Shown: piece by piece, positions 23,168 to 37,428 of the stretch
Layout of the letters: each line of letters begins with the position of its first letter
How positions within the stretch are numbered: position 1 is the first letter of the stretch
Assembly (NCBI RefSeq): GCF_006345805.1
Contig: NW_021834445.1
Location: 1 to 48,121 of the forward strand
Source of the DNA: Octopus sinensis
Lineage: Eukaryota
DNA: 48,121 bases
Direction of reading: 5' to 3'
The notes under the pieces: model-generated
Databases searched by the model: none
Told to the model about the DNA's origin: nothing
Seen by the model: the letters and a program-made list of their open reading frames with translations, nothing else
Made by a program: the position numbers and the translations under genes

Positions 23168-23400
23168 CGGATTTTTGCGTTGAATCAAGTACCCTGACCT
23201 CCTAATATGTTGCAAATCACTTATTTTTGTTCGGAAACAAGGGGCGGGGTGGGAAACCGGACCCCCCATCCATATCCCGGAATCATTGGAATTTTTCCGT
23301 TGAATGAATTCCGGTGACCTCCTAATATGCTACAAAACCTTTTTGAGAGTCTAGAAAATGGAGTGGGGTGGAACCCTCGGAAATTTCACTCCCACTCCCA
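23168..23400. repeat. Two diverged 120-bp tandem units, probably internal to an unclassified DNA element
   Basis: attttt.cgttgaat.aa.t.cc.tgacctcctaatatg occurs at 23171 and 23291. Confidence 0.6.
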
Positions 23401-23802
23401 TTTTCAAATATATTTTGCTATTTCCTTCTTTAGCCATAATTTTTGATCACATTTTGCAGAAACACGTTTTCGAGAGAGTGTGGATTACTTTGGATTGAAA
23501 ATTCAAATAAGTTTGAAATGAATAAGTTGGAATTGCAGAGGCCATAGAAGTTAGTGGTAACGAAGTGTATGCAGAGATAACGAACGATAAATTCATCTAA
23601 AAAGAAGAAAACGTTAGAGTTTTTGCATGTATGTGTGAAACGAAGAAAAATTATATTAAAACAAAATATCTTTTTCCTACCTCTGAAAATCACTGGATAT
23701 AATATATTTAATAATCCCAGATTGCAGATTAGATTTGAAAAACTAGAGCATTTTCACTTTGCAACTTTTGGCGCTGAAATGAGTTTCATTTTTGTGTGTG
23801 GA

Positions 23803-24183
<381 letters not shown>

Positions 24184-24413
24184 TAGTCTTAAGGAATGCA
24201 GAGCATTACGTTTGGTACCAGCTTGATTGCAGGAGCTTCCGGAAGAGTGTCGAGTCGAACACTAAACAGCCTCCGGATTTCTTTGAAGGTTGTCTCCTTT
24301 CCGTAACCCTGGATAGGGACCCATACCGAGTACTGTCAGCTGGAGCCAGCTGACCCCGGGACTCGTGTCAGGCAGGGTCGTCACTCCCTGAAGTAGTGAA
24401 GAAAATCGCTACC

Positions 24414-24456
<43 letters not shown>

Positions 24457-24475
24457 TAATATATATATACACTAT

Positions 24476-24668
24476 ATAAATTCTTGATCGCTAAATTCAC
24501 CAAGTTTTTTTTTCCCTCTCTGTTTATTTCTCTTATTCCTTTCTGTTGAAGAGCGTAGGCTCGAAATGTAAAAGACTTTCTCCACATTTCCGAGCGTCAA
24601 ACTAATATACCTGTTTGTTGTTCATATATACCTGTCTTCGTTTTTTGTTTTTCTGTAAATTTCAACTA
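24476..24668 (+). mobile_element. Penelope-like terminal fragment, family E1 (hammerhead-like motif at 24539-24574)
   Basis: cttt-CTGTTGA-A-GAGC-GTAG-GCTC-GAAA-TG-TA-aaag; TA/CA repeats flank. Confidence 0.6.
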
Positions 24669-24672
24669 TACA

Positions 24673-24790
<118 letters not shown>

Positions 24791-26364
24791 GTGAGTGAGT
24801 GGGCAAACGAAAGAGAGAGACACTCAAGACATTTAGAAGGAGTTACATATATTATTTTCTAAAACAGTTGGATTCGGTCCCGTGTCACTTAAATTTTCGT
24901 AGGCTTGTTACAGTAACCTAACTCGTTGGGTGCAGGCTATCGAATGATTGAAAATATAATAATACCATCCTCCCTCCAGTCTTGAACCATTGGTGACGCT
25001 CTTCCTTCCTTGACTGAAATATAAAGAAATTATTAATTTTGCATAAGATTGGTATATTTTATTAAAATAGCTGCTGTAAAACTGCCACCACTGTGACCTA
25101 CTTAAATTAATAGTCCTCTGCAATATATTTTTGGCTTAAATAAAGTATGATATTCGAAAGATTTAATAAACTAAATTTTTGGTATTTTTCTAGGGTAAAA
25201 TCTTAGTATTTGATTATAGTAAAAGGTGTATTGCCGGTTGTTTTTTTTATACCTATGGCTTCAATATTTTATATCTCATCAAATGTTTCATATAAAAAAA
25301 AAATGCTTTTTGTATCCCTTTTAGAAATAAACAACGACCCTATGTATGTCGTGACCGATAGTTTGAGAAGAGTTAGATTAAACCGGCAGCAGTATATACT
25401 GGAAGTTATATTCTCGTCTTTAGAGTGACGAAATTATGAGTGGACTATGATATATTCATTCATACTGCACACACAGGACGAGGGAAAAGGAAACGACTAA
25501 AGAGTAAAATGCATTTAATCTGGTGGTCTACCATTTCTGCCAACACATGGCCTTGTCATTTGAGAAGAACACTGAAGAAAGAATCCAACAGAATAAAAAA
25601 TAAAACAGATAAGATGTGATGAGAGATTAGAAAGATATCCATTTGCAAGATTGGAAAATATACATACTAGATCATTCATTTTGAAATGATATATGATACA
25701 CGAAGTAATTTCAGGAAACCCATTAACTCGTTAGGATATCAGAGAAGATTCTGTATCTATCTAATGATTTAAGGGAAGATAAACTGGTGTACCTTTTCAT
25801 TGCTCCTTCCTGGTCCAAGGGGTGGGAATTAAGCTTAGCAATAGTCATTTTTCACTTACGCGTAGGCTCCAAAGCCATGTGAACTGGGCTATTTAGTTGT
25901 CTTTGCTATGAAGATAAATGCAACACTGGTGACGCGATACCGGCCGTTGACCCTTTGGTTTTCACGTTGCAAAAAATAGATAACACAGAAAATTGGTAAC
26001 TCTTTTTTTTTCTTCTGAAGGCTAATAATATCATTCAATGAAAGGCTGCACCTTATCATGTCCTGGCCTTAAGTCTAATGAATGAATACATTACGAGAAT
26101 AAAAGAATATTTTAAAATGAACCAAAGAAAAACAATGAAATGAAACCACACTAACTTACATTTGAACAAAAGCATGCCCAGATAAGCATTAAAATAAAGC
26201 TTGCTGAAGAATTTTAAAGCAAATGAACATGTGACAACATATTAATCTTAGTTGTGTGGTTAACAAGTTAAGAAGTTTACTTTGAGACCATGTAGTTCCG
26301 GATTCTATACAAATTGAATGGTTTGCGTGCGAAATATTCGAGTGCCTGTGTGTGTCTATGTATG

Positions 26365-26594
26365 TGGCGAGCTGGTAGAATCGTTAGCACGCCGGGCGAA
26401 ATGCGTAGCCGTATTTCGTCTGCCGCTACGTCCTGGGTTCAAATTCCGCCGAGGTCGACTTAGCCTTTCATCCTCTCGGGGTCTATAAATTAAGTACCAG
26501 TTGCGCATTGGGGTCGATATAATCGACTTGATCCGTTTGTCTGTCCTTGTTTGTCCCCCTCTGTGTTTAGCCCCTTGTGGGTAGTAAAGAAATA
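26365..26594 (+). mobile_element. SINE family A, full length
   Basis: gtggcgagctggtagaatcgttagcacgccgggcg...gggttcaaattccgccgaggtcgac...ccccttgtgggtagtaaagaaata. Confidence 0.92.
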
Positions 26595-27020
26595 TATGTA
26601 TGTGTGCAGGTGAAGATATGCACTTGTCTGTGTGTGGGTGGGTGTTTGTATGTGTATGTATGTATGTATGTATGTATGTATGTATGTATGTATGTATGTA
26701 TGTATGTATGTATAACTAAGACAAAAATCAGCTATGCAGATTGATCGACGGCACAGGTTTGGACTGCAAGAAGACATCATAGAAAGGTCTACTGGTGCCA
26801 TACAAGATGAAATCGTAAATTTATTGAAATTACCTTCGTATTGGAAAGAGAGTAAAAAAAGCACGAAGCGCCATTTCGAATCACCGAAAACAAATGTCTG
26901 TGTGTGCCTGTTTATGTGTCTATACATACATACATACATACACACATACATAGTATATATATATGTATATATATATATAATATATAATATAATATATATA
27001 TATATATCTATATATATATG

Positions 27021-27076
<56 letters not shown>

Positions 27077-27077
27077 A

Positions 27078-27391
27078 TACATTATATGGTGGACTCTTCT
27101 GTCGAAGACGGCATATTAGCATTCGGCTTTTGCCAAAAGACCTGCACAAATGATTTGTTTCAAGTGATTAAATGTTCCTGCTGCGCATTAGCTCACTCCC
27201 TACATCAAATCAACGATATCTGAACAGGTACACGCAGTACGACATGTCAGGTGTCAGAGTAATCGCAGAGGAAAGTGCGATGAGATGAAGTGTTTTGCTC
27301 GAGAACAGAACGCACCACCCGGTCTAGGAATTGAAACCACGATCACTGGATCGTGAGTGCAACAACACTCTAAGCACTAGGCCATGCGCCC
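27078..27391 (-). mobile_element. tRNA-derived SINE with a family D head
   Basis: Reverse: gggcgcatggcctagtg.ttagagtg...gtggtttcaattcctagaccgg...gagcaaaacacttc; tail cgtcttcgacagaagagtcca resembles the family C tail. Confidence 0.7.
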
Positions 27392-27424
27392 TTGCTATAT
27401 ATATATAAACACATATATATCTTC

Positions 27425-27690
27425 TGAGTGGAAACGGAAAGAAGCTCATTGTATATGTATGTACGTGTGTGTGTATGTTTCCGTGTATGTTTCCTTTTCC
27501 ACCGCCTGATAATCGGTGTTAGTTTGTTTAAACCCTTAACGTAGTAGTTCAGCAAAAAGAGGGTAATAGAATAAACATTAGGCTTTAAAAAAATTAAAAC
27601 TAATGTCGATTCGTTCGACTAAAACCCTTCATTATGGTGCCCCAATATGGCCGCAGTCAAATGACTAAGCCAAGTAAAAGATAACGAATA
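27425..27690 (+). mobile_element. Old SINE family B-like copy
   Basis: ggaaacggaaagaagc...gtcgattcgttcgactaaaa...ggtgccccaatatggccgcagtcaaatgact. Confidence 0.7.
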
Positions 27691-27785
27691 AAAGGATATA
27701 AATATAGATATAGATAGATTGCTAGATAGATAGATACTCACATACATACATACATTCATACTGTTGTAGATATATGTATATTATA

Positions 27786-27828
<43 letters not shown>

Positions 27829-27840
27829 GTGTGTATATAC

Positions 27841-28204
<364 letters not shown>

Positions 28205-28924
28205 TATATATATATATATATATATATACACACCTGGCGGCATGTTCAAGTAGAGTGGTGATTTAACACCTATTTTCTCTTAAGCGAGAATATTTTCACC
28301 ACAACAAACTGCATTGAAAAGCCTTTACAAGTCCACATTTCTCTCAATTATTTGACCTGGTTATAAGCGTCCGCGCGCGCATGCCTGTGCGTGCAGATGC
28401 TATTTGAAATGACACTGCTTCTGTCATTAATAACGAATTTCTATCAAGCCTGCTGGATATTTACGACACCAGTGGCTTATTGGTCACTGCCTTTGTATGC
28501 AGTAGAGGTTCAATTTGTTTGAACATGCAGTTTCAAGTGGATGGTTGCTAGAGAAGACGCATAAATACACAGAAATCTGAAATTAGCAATTCAATCGCCG
28601 CTACCGGACAATTTTCGTCCGCCATTTACATAATTTTGTGTTTTTTAGCACTGTATGTCCATGCATGATACTTTCTAGGGACGAATACTGCCATTGTGCA
28701 CAGCAGATTTCTACAGAAGTAAGATCCTAGGCTCCTTCACTGGAACTTCATCAACAACAGGGTATTTTTGTTTGTATGTGTGTATGTATGTATGTGTGTA
28801 TGTATGAATGTATGTATGTATGTATGTTATGTATGTATGTATGTATGTATGTATGTATGTATGTATGTATGTATGCATGCATGTATGTATGTATGCATGT
28901 ATGTATGTATTTATGTATGTATGC

Positions 28925-29350
28925 ATGTGCAGATTTGTATATTTTATGTATGTATTCTCATGCATATAGTTGCATATATAGACATACTCATATATATTTA
29001 AATGATAAACTTCAGGAAAGTTTTACAGATTTATACAGTTCCAGCGATGGATTGGATCTGTAGTCTTCGAATTAGCGTTCTTCTTTCTGGTTTTGAGAAG
29101 CCTTATTTCTCACGATTGGTATTTAGGCATTGTGTTACATATCTCAGGGCCCCAATAATTACAGGTATAAACCTGAAGTTGTAATTTTGATAGTTTCTCA
29201 ATTATTCATCATAGGTGTTCTTTTCTTTAGCTGATCTCCAGCTTTACGATAATATCCGCTGGACAGCTAATTTCCACATCTGTACACAGTTTTTCTTCTC
29301 TATCCCAAATCATTATATCAGGTCTGTTGTACTTACATTTTATTGAGGTC
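28925..29350 (-). mobile_element. 3' end of a restriction-like-endonuclease (R4/Dong/NeSL-type) LINE inside (CATA)n
   Basis: KYNRPDIMIWDREEKLCT.VEISCPADI...FRFIPVIIGAL.YV...LIRRLQIQSIAGTV.ICKTFLKFII*; PD..E motif of RLE endonucleases; contains stops and frameshifts. Confidence 0.85.
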
Positions 29351-29354
29351 TATG

Positions 29355-29953
<599 letters not shown>

Positions 29954-30355
29954 TCGGAATCTTTAACATTATAAAAAATTGTTATGAAAATCTAGAAACT
30001 TTGGCATCAAAACAGAAATAAAAATATATACAAAGTTGGTAATTTCCACGGTTCCATCTAGAACCTATTATTATTGATTGTCTGTCACCATTCTCTTTAT
30101 TACTCTTGCCTTTTTTCAATTATTATTCACCGTGCCGCTGTTTTTTTTTTCCATATATTATTATGTTATATACATACATGTGTGTATGCACGTATGTGTG
30201 TGTATGTGTGTGAGTTTGTCTGTGGGTGTGTAAATGTATTGTGCATGAATATAAATCTATAAATATACAAACATACTTTCTGAACATGCATATACATACA
30301 CCTCTCTCTGTCCCCCCTTTTCGCTATATCTATATTTATATCTATCTATCTATCA

Positions 30356-30397
<42 letters not shown>

Positions 30398-30409
30398 TAT
30401 CTATCTATC

Positions 30410-30454
<45 letters not shown>

Positions 30455-30894
30455 ATATATATAATATATATTATATATATAATATATATATGCACATGTA
30501 TGTATATGTATATCTTATCTATCAGTATATATATATATATAAATATATATATGTATGTATGTATATATATGTATGTGTGTGTATGTGAGTATGTGTGTAT
30601 GTATATATTGCACTAATTTTATATGATTTTATATCATTTTTGTATCATTTTGTATGATTTTAGTGTATCGTAAATTGGGTTACAAATGAATTGTCGCTGT
30701 AAATTACAATGATAATCGATAAATAATATTGGAATCAGCAGCTTACAGTCCGGATATTAAATCCTAGAAATAAGTAAATCTCCCTTATAATCACCTACTT
30801 CTCGAAACCGTCTTAAATGAAAAGCGGGACACACTCTAAAACGTGACGATAGATTCACTGCGTCTCAGAAAATAAATATTTACATCTTTTATAT

Positions 30895-31092
30895 ATTATC
30901 TTTGCTTCAGTAATTAGACTGTGGCCATGCTGGGGCACCACCTTGAAGAATTTTTAGTTGAATGAATAGACCTCAGGATTTGTTTTAAAGCCTGCTCTCA
31001 ATCAATCTTGCCGTACCGTTAAGTTTAGGGGATCGTAAACACACCAACACCAGCTGTCAAGCGGTGATTGGGGACAAACACAAACACAGACA
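30895..31092 (-). mobile_element. Old SINE family B tail
   Basis: gactgtggccatgctggggcaccacc...gtaaacacaccaacacc...gtcaagcggtg...ggggacaaacac. Confidence 0.7.
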
Positions 31093-31618
31093 CATATGCA
31101 TATGTGTGTGTGTGTATGTGTATCTTAATCATACTAAAACTCTGTTTGTTCCCGAAATATTTCAGAAATAGTATATTTTATCTTAATTTTTTCCCATATT
31201 TATTTTCATACTCACATTCGGCAGTGCAGTACAAATTTTTGTGATATTTGGACCTCTATTTATTAATGAAGACGATTAAACTCAATTTTTGTTTGATATT
31301 TCTTGGCGAAAAAAACATAGCTTCCTTGACTTCAACACACATACAGAATACGCACACATATTATGAATGTCATGGCATGTCAATCAACAAAGACACTCGT
31401 CCACTATCTGTGACATATACACACACATAGTCTTCGCGCTATCTAAGAAAAAAAAACGCCGACTTTTTGACGTACACAATATATTGATAATTTAGAAATA
31501 TTTTTAACTGAATGTGATTTCAAAAATGTAAGTTGTTTGTACAGTAAGTATTTATATTTTAGCTTTCTTCAAACAAACAATATGTTAATGTTTTTTTTAA
31601 ATTATTTTCAAGTGAATG

Positions 31619-31757
31619 GCGATCTCTCGCGTTGACTCTCAGAACTGTCATCTAGAGTTCGTTAATTTCCGTAAAAATTTTATTTATTTAATTTTGTTTT
31701 AAAGTGAAATCGATGAGAAAGTGAAAGATGATGTATTTACGTGTATATGAAATGGAC

Positions 31758-31789
<32 letters not shown>

Positions 31790-31917
31790 AAGAAAGAGAG
31801 AGAGGAAGAGAGACAGAGAGAAAAACAAAAGTTAATAAATAAAAATTTTTTACGGAAATTAACTAACCAAACCATGTGAATCGGATGGCAGTACTGAGAG
31901 CCAAAGCGAAAGATCGC
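31619..31917. mobile_element. MITE with long imperfect inverted repeats (about 70-90 bp)
   Basis: gcgatct.tcgc.ttg.ctctcag.actg.catc...gttaatttccgtaaaaattttattta mirrored at 31820-31917; TG/GA repeats in the middle. Confidence 0.7.
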
Positions 31918-31973
31918 AAGAGAATATCATTATAAATTTTTTTTAGAGTGCATTCAAAGTATCTCAGCTCCGT

Positions 31974-32096
31974 AGATTTGGCTGCTATTTCTAGCACATC
32001 CTGCTATCACATTACCACGTAACAGTTATTTGCAATAAAGGACCCGAATTACCTGTTACGTGGTAGCAGGGCGTGCAAAAAATAGCAGCCACATCT
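31974..32096. repeat. Fold-back hairpin with arms of about 45-50 bp and a 27-nt loop
   Basis: gatttggctgctatttctagcacatcctgcta..taccacgtaacag / ctgttacgtggtagcagggcgtgcaaaaaatagcagccacatc. Confidence 0.75.
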
Positions 32097-32245
32097 TTCC
32101 TTTTCCGGGGAAAGGAGCCGTTTATGCGTGATTTCGACGTCACATTCGTTGAAAGCAACCGAAATAACCTAGAAAAGGAAAGAAAGTCAATGAAACAAGA
32201 CTTCGTTGCTGGGTAACTCAGACTTTCCCTATCACGGGTAGTCTA

Positions 32246-32296
<51 letters not shown>

Positions 32297-32469
32297 GAGA
32301 GAGATAATTAAAAGATGTGGCAGCTTGGGGCTGGAATGCTTTTGATCATATGTTTTTCGCTCAGGCCTGACTTGAGACTAAATGCCACCAATAGCAACAA
32401 GGTCATGACTGAAAAAACATTATCTACTCTGGATTACCGAAAACATAATCCTTTGGATTATTCAAGCAC

Positions 32470-32600
32470 AAGTCCTGAAATTTTGTAGTGAGGGATTCGT
32501 CGATTACAGCGACCCCAGTGTTTAATTAGTATTTATTTTATCAACCCCGAAAGGGATGAAAAGCAAATTTGAAACCTCGATGACATTTGAACTCAGAACG
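32470..32600 (-). mobile_element. Old SINE family A remnant
   Basis: gtcgattacagcgaccccagtg...tcaaccccgaaagggatgaaa...atttgaactcagaacgtaaa. Confidence 0.7.
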
Positions 32601-32720
32601 TAAAGAGTAAAGTTCCTCTTTAGCCATGAATGACCATAGGATTACACCTAGAACCCCCCCCCCCTCCGAGACACAATTCCGGTCAAGATTGTTTATGGAG
32701 GACGAGCAGTTTTATCATAT

Positions 32721-33141
32721 TCTCTTTTCTCTTTTCTCTTTTCTCTTTTCTCTTTTACTAGTTTCAGTCATTTGACTGCGGCCATGCTGGAGCACCGCCT
32801 TTAGTCGAGCAAATCGACCCTGGGACTTATTCTTTGTAAGCCCAGTACTTATTCTATCGGTCTCTTTTTCCGAACCGCTAAGTGACGGGGACATAAACAC
32901 ACCAGCATTGGTTGTCAAGCAATGCTAGGGGGACAAACACAGACACACAAACATATATATATATATATACATATATACGACAGGCTTCTTTCAGTTTCCA
33001 TCTACCAAATCCACTCACAAGGCTTTGGTCGACCTGAGGCTATAGCAGAAGACACTTGCCCAAGATGCCAGGCAGTGGGACTGAACCCGGAACCATGTGG
33101 TTGGTAAGCAAGCTACTTACCACACAGCCACTCCTGTGCCT
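32721..33141 (-). mobile_element. SINE family B, full length
   Basis: Reverse match to 19738-20177. Confidence 0.93.
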
Positions 33142-33799
33142 ATATATATGATTTGTCCAAGGAAAAGGAAAAGATCAATACAGCTTGGCATCAGTGACGA
33201 TAGCTGAGTGAACTGGAGCAATGTGAAATAAAATGTCTTACTCGTGAACACAACACAGAGCCCGGTCCGGGAATCGAACTCATTACCTCATGATTCTGAA
33301 TTCGATGAGCTATGCGTTAGGCTAGACGGAATGGTTACGAAGGATTTTGATCTGCATACTGACGATTCTGCCAACGAAAACATTACGGATATAATGAGAT
33401 TTCTGTATTGTTTCCAAGTTCTAATTAGGTTATTGTCGCTGCTGCTGCAGGTGGTGTGGGTCGTGGTTTTCTCAGGTCAAATCTTATTGTTCAATGAATG
33501 ATCAAAAAAGTGTACCAAACGTGACATCCTGTTTTTTTAGTGTGCGCGCGCGCACGTGTGTGTGTATGTGTGTGTGTGCGTGTGTTGGTGGCTAATTGTG
33601 ATAAATTTACCCAACATATTCTTGGGTATTACAGATAGTACAGTTTCATAGAACCATCTTGTTTGGGTATTTTTCGCCAAGCATTGTCCATTACTATATC
33701 GAATATGTTGTTTCATTTATTTAACGTTAGACGCGTTATTCAAGATTTATTTATGTATTCATTTATTATTGTTGTTGATGTTGTTGTTGTAGTTGTTAA

Positions 33800-34578
33800 A
33801 TGAGAGAGCAGTGCATGCCATCAAAGTGACCCTGGAGTACAATTATACGAAGCCCAATATACCCATTATGGCTACCTGTCTGATGAGGGTACACCAGGCA
33901 CATGCATTACAACCATATGCTGGCAGAAACGTTAGCACGCCGAGCGAAATGCGTAGCCGTATTTCGTCTGTCGTTACGTTCCGAGTTCAAATTCCGCCTA
34001 GGTCGACTTTGCCTTTCATCCTTTCGGGGTCGATAAATTAAGTACCAGTTACGCACTGGGGTCGATGTAATCGACTTAAATCCCTTTGTCTATCCTTCTT
34101 TGTCCCCTCTGTGTTTAACCCCTTCTGGGTAGTAAAGAAATATATATGTACGACATGGTGACTCGACATTACGATAAACAGTGCATGACCTTGCAGATAA
34201 GGCTCAGTCAGAATTTTCTTCAGGTGGTGTGGCCCTTCCTGCTGAAAAAGGTTTCTTTAAGGATGATGAACAAAACACGTACGTTTCCAGAGGTGAATTA
34301 TTAAAACCCCAAGGAATTTCTCTCAACACATGGCTATGATGCTCCCCCACTACTTTTGCTCGTGATCAGAGATGCACATATTGTCAGCCTCCAAGGGACA
34401 TGTTCTACTGGTTAAGGTCAAACAGCTGACAAGCAATCAGTGGTATTGAGAAGAATATTTGTTGTAGCCCATCTTTTACACTAAGACAAATCATATATAT
34501 GATAACACTTCCAATCAGTTAAGATCAGAAGCCTTGAGAGCCAGTGCCTGGTATTGCATCAGGGCATTTTATTATTAT
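33800..34578 (+). mobile_element. Non-coding retroelement 3' region ending in (ATT)n, probably a LINE 3'UTR, interrupted by a SINE A
   Basis: Sequence is continuous across the SINE insertion; ends cagggcattttattattat; class inferred from the tail only. Confidence 0.5.
33920..34143 (+). mobile_element. SINE family A, slightly 5'-truncated, possible TSD atatg
   Basis: atatg at 33915-33919 and 34144-34148. Confidence 0.92.
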
Positions 34579-34627
34579 GTACCCGAGGCGTGGTTATTGC
34601 TAGTTGAAAATTATTATTATTATTATT

Positions 34628-34953
34628 CAGTAGTTTTATTTTTATAGCGTGCTTTCACTTCACTACCGAGCGCAGCTCTGTGTGCCTTAGGTATGTGCTG
34701 TGATTTGTTGTGATGCTCTGATGGTTATTGTATGGAAAGTGTTCTGCGTAGGATGTGTGCAGTGCCTAGTAGTGCAATTTTCTGTATGTTATATATGTTT
34801 GTAAGTCCTGGTGTTTTTGTTATGTATTTGTCTGAATATTTTTTTATCATGCCTAATTCACCTATTATGAGAGGAATTGTATCTGTTTTTAGATTCCACA
34901 TTCTGGTTACCTCTATTTCCAGGTCTTTGTATTTTGAAAGTTTCTCCCATTTC

Positions 34954-34959
<6 letters not shown>
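34628..34959 (-). mobile_element. Dong/R4-type LINE 3' end inserted in (TAA)n
   Basis: KKWEKLSKYKDLEIEVTRMWNLKTDTIPLIIGELGMIKKYSDKYITKTPGLTNIYNIQKIALLGTAHILRRTLSIQ*; (ATT)n on both sides. Confidence 0.9.
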
Positions 34960-35019
<60 letters not shown>

Positions 35020-35021
35020 GT

Positions 35022-35054
<33 letters not shown>

Positions 35055-35589
35055 TTGTTGTTGCTGTTATTATTCCGTGATACTGTGTTTCCTTTTGGTC
35101 AATTTAATATGGTAGGCTGCTTTCGTTTTATACTGAGGGTGAAGAGCGTTTTGAAATGGACGAATTGAAGAAGGTTACCTCCGTACGCTTTTGCGTATAT
35201 AAATCTGTCTATATGTGTGTGTAAATCTATGTATATCACATATATGTTCCTGCAGGCCAATACGTATGCGTATGTGTGTGTTGCGTATGTGTTCGTGAAT
35301 ATGAGAATTTTGTGTTCTTGTGCGAATGTTTAAAATATAAATAATGCAGCAAGCAGCTTCTCAGGCTGTCTGTTCATATGAATATTTTGTTTGTTATTTT
35401 TATATCTCTTTGTATGCATGAATGTATAAGTTTATACGTGGGTGTGTATGTATATGTGTTTATGTATGCGCAGCAAAATATACATGTATGCGTTTGTATT
35501 ACTATATACGTACGTGTTAGAATGCCTGCAGTTTTAATGTAACAGTAGGGACGGACAACAGGCATCATGTGTGCAGGTTGCGTTTGTAT

Positions 35590-35780
35590 AAATGTCTATG
35601 CATGGCTGTGTGCAGATAGATGTCAGTCAGTGCATGCGTGTGTACAGGCGCTCACATATTTATGTATGCGCTTCTTCGGCGTTGTGTGTATGGTGCATGT
35701 GCGTGTGTATTCCTGAAATAGGTGTATATAGTTGTGTGTGCATATGTGTGTGTGTATGTATGTATGAATGCAGTGTATTA

Positions 35781-35821
<41 letters not shown>

Positions 35822-35878
35822 TCTATATATATACATACATCTATATATATTATACATAATATATATTAATATATATAT

Positions 35879-35959
<81 letters not shown>

Positions 35960-36420
35960 CTTATATATATAAATATAGATTTATATATATTTCTACTATA
36001 TATAAATATACATATATATCCACATATTATATGTGATATACATAGATTTATATATACACCACACATATATATATGTTTAAATATGTTTGTATATAAAAAT
36101 GTGTGTGTATATATGTGTGTGTATGTATGCATATATATTGTGTGTGTTTGCTTGTATGTGTATATTATATATACATATATATATTATATATAATATACAC
36201 ACCAAAACACACAAAAATATAAATATATACATACATACACATATATATATATACATACATCATATATATATATTATTATATATATATATTATATATATAT
36301 ATATATATATTGTTATATATATATATTATATTATATATATATATATATATATAATATTTATATATATATATATGCATACATACATACATACACACATGCA
36401 TATACATAAACGCATACGCA
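35590..36420. repeat. Degenerate (TG)/(TA)/(CA) microsatellite field
   Basis: Seen directly. Confidence 0.9.
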
Positions 36421-36609
36421 AATCCACAAGCGCACACGTTCGCGTATAGTTCTATACGCCTCTGTTACATGTAGGAACGACTACCCGCTTTACATCAGGT
36501 GACACCCATGTCTAACAATAAGTGTTTTGACATGGAACCTTCATCAATCAAAACAGGGTTACGAAGTGCAACAGTAATTCTCTCACTTACTGTTACCCAT
36601 TGTTGTTGC

Positions 36610-36618
36610 CGTTATTAC

Positions 36619-36691
<73 letters not shown>

Positions 36692-36794
36692 TTATTATTA
36701 TTATTATTGTTATTATTATTATTATTATTATTAATTATTATTATTATTATTTTTATATTATTATTCTTATATTTTATTATATTATTTGTTTTTA

Positions 36795-36840
<46 letters not shown>

Positions 36841-36876
36841 TTTATTATTCTTCTTATTATTTTATTATTATTATTA

Positions 36877-36921
<45 letters not shown>

Positions 36922-37030
36922 TATTATATATTGTTATTATTATTATTATTGTTATTGTTATTTTATTATTATTATTATTATTATACTATTATAATTACTA
37001 TTATTATTACTACTATTATTATTATTATTG
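36610..37030. repeat. Long interrupted (TAT)n array
   Basis: Seen directly. Confidence 0.95.
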
Positions 37031-37229
37031 TTGTGTCTTATTTTTCTTGATTTTTTTTTGCGGTTATTTGCAATGTTGCTTTTTCTAAATTTTTCTCTTA
37101 GTTTTTATTTTTTATTTGTTGATTATTTGATTTCTTGTATTTTTTTAAATGTAAGATTGTACGTATGAAAACCGCATGTGTGCATATCCGTGCCCGTGTC
37201 GCTATGTATTTGAATATACAAGTATCCCA

Positions 37230-37395
37230 GGATGTGTATCTGTGTATGTTTATTTAAATGTGTGTATATGTGTGTGTATGTGTGCGCACGCGTGTTTATT
37301 GTGTATGAGTGTATGCCAGTGAACTATCATGTACATGGATGTCTGAGTGCCTTCATATACACATATACATACACACACACACACACTCATATATA

Positions 37396-37428
<33 letters not shown>

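Noticed and set aside
33879-33900. CTGATGA within the LINE-like 3' region
   Set aside because: No downstream stem II/GAAA partner
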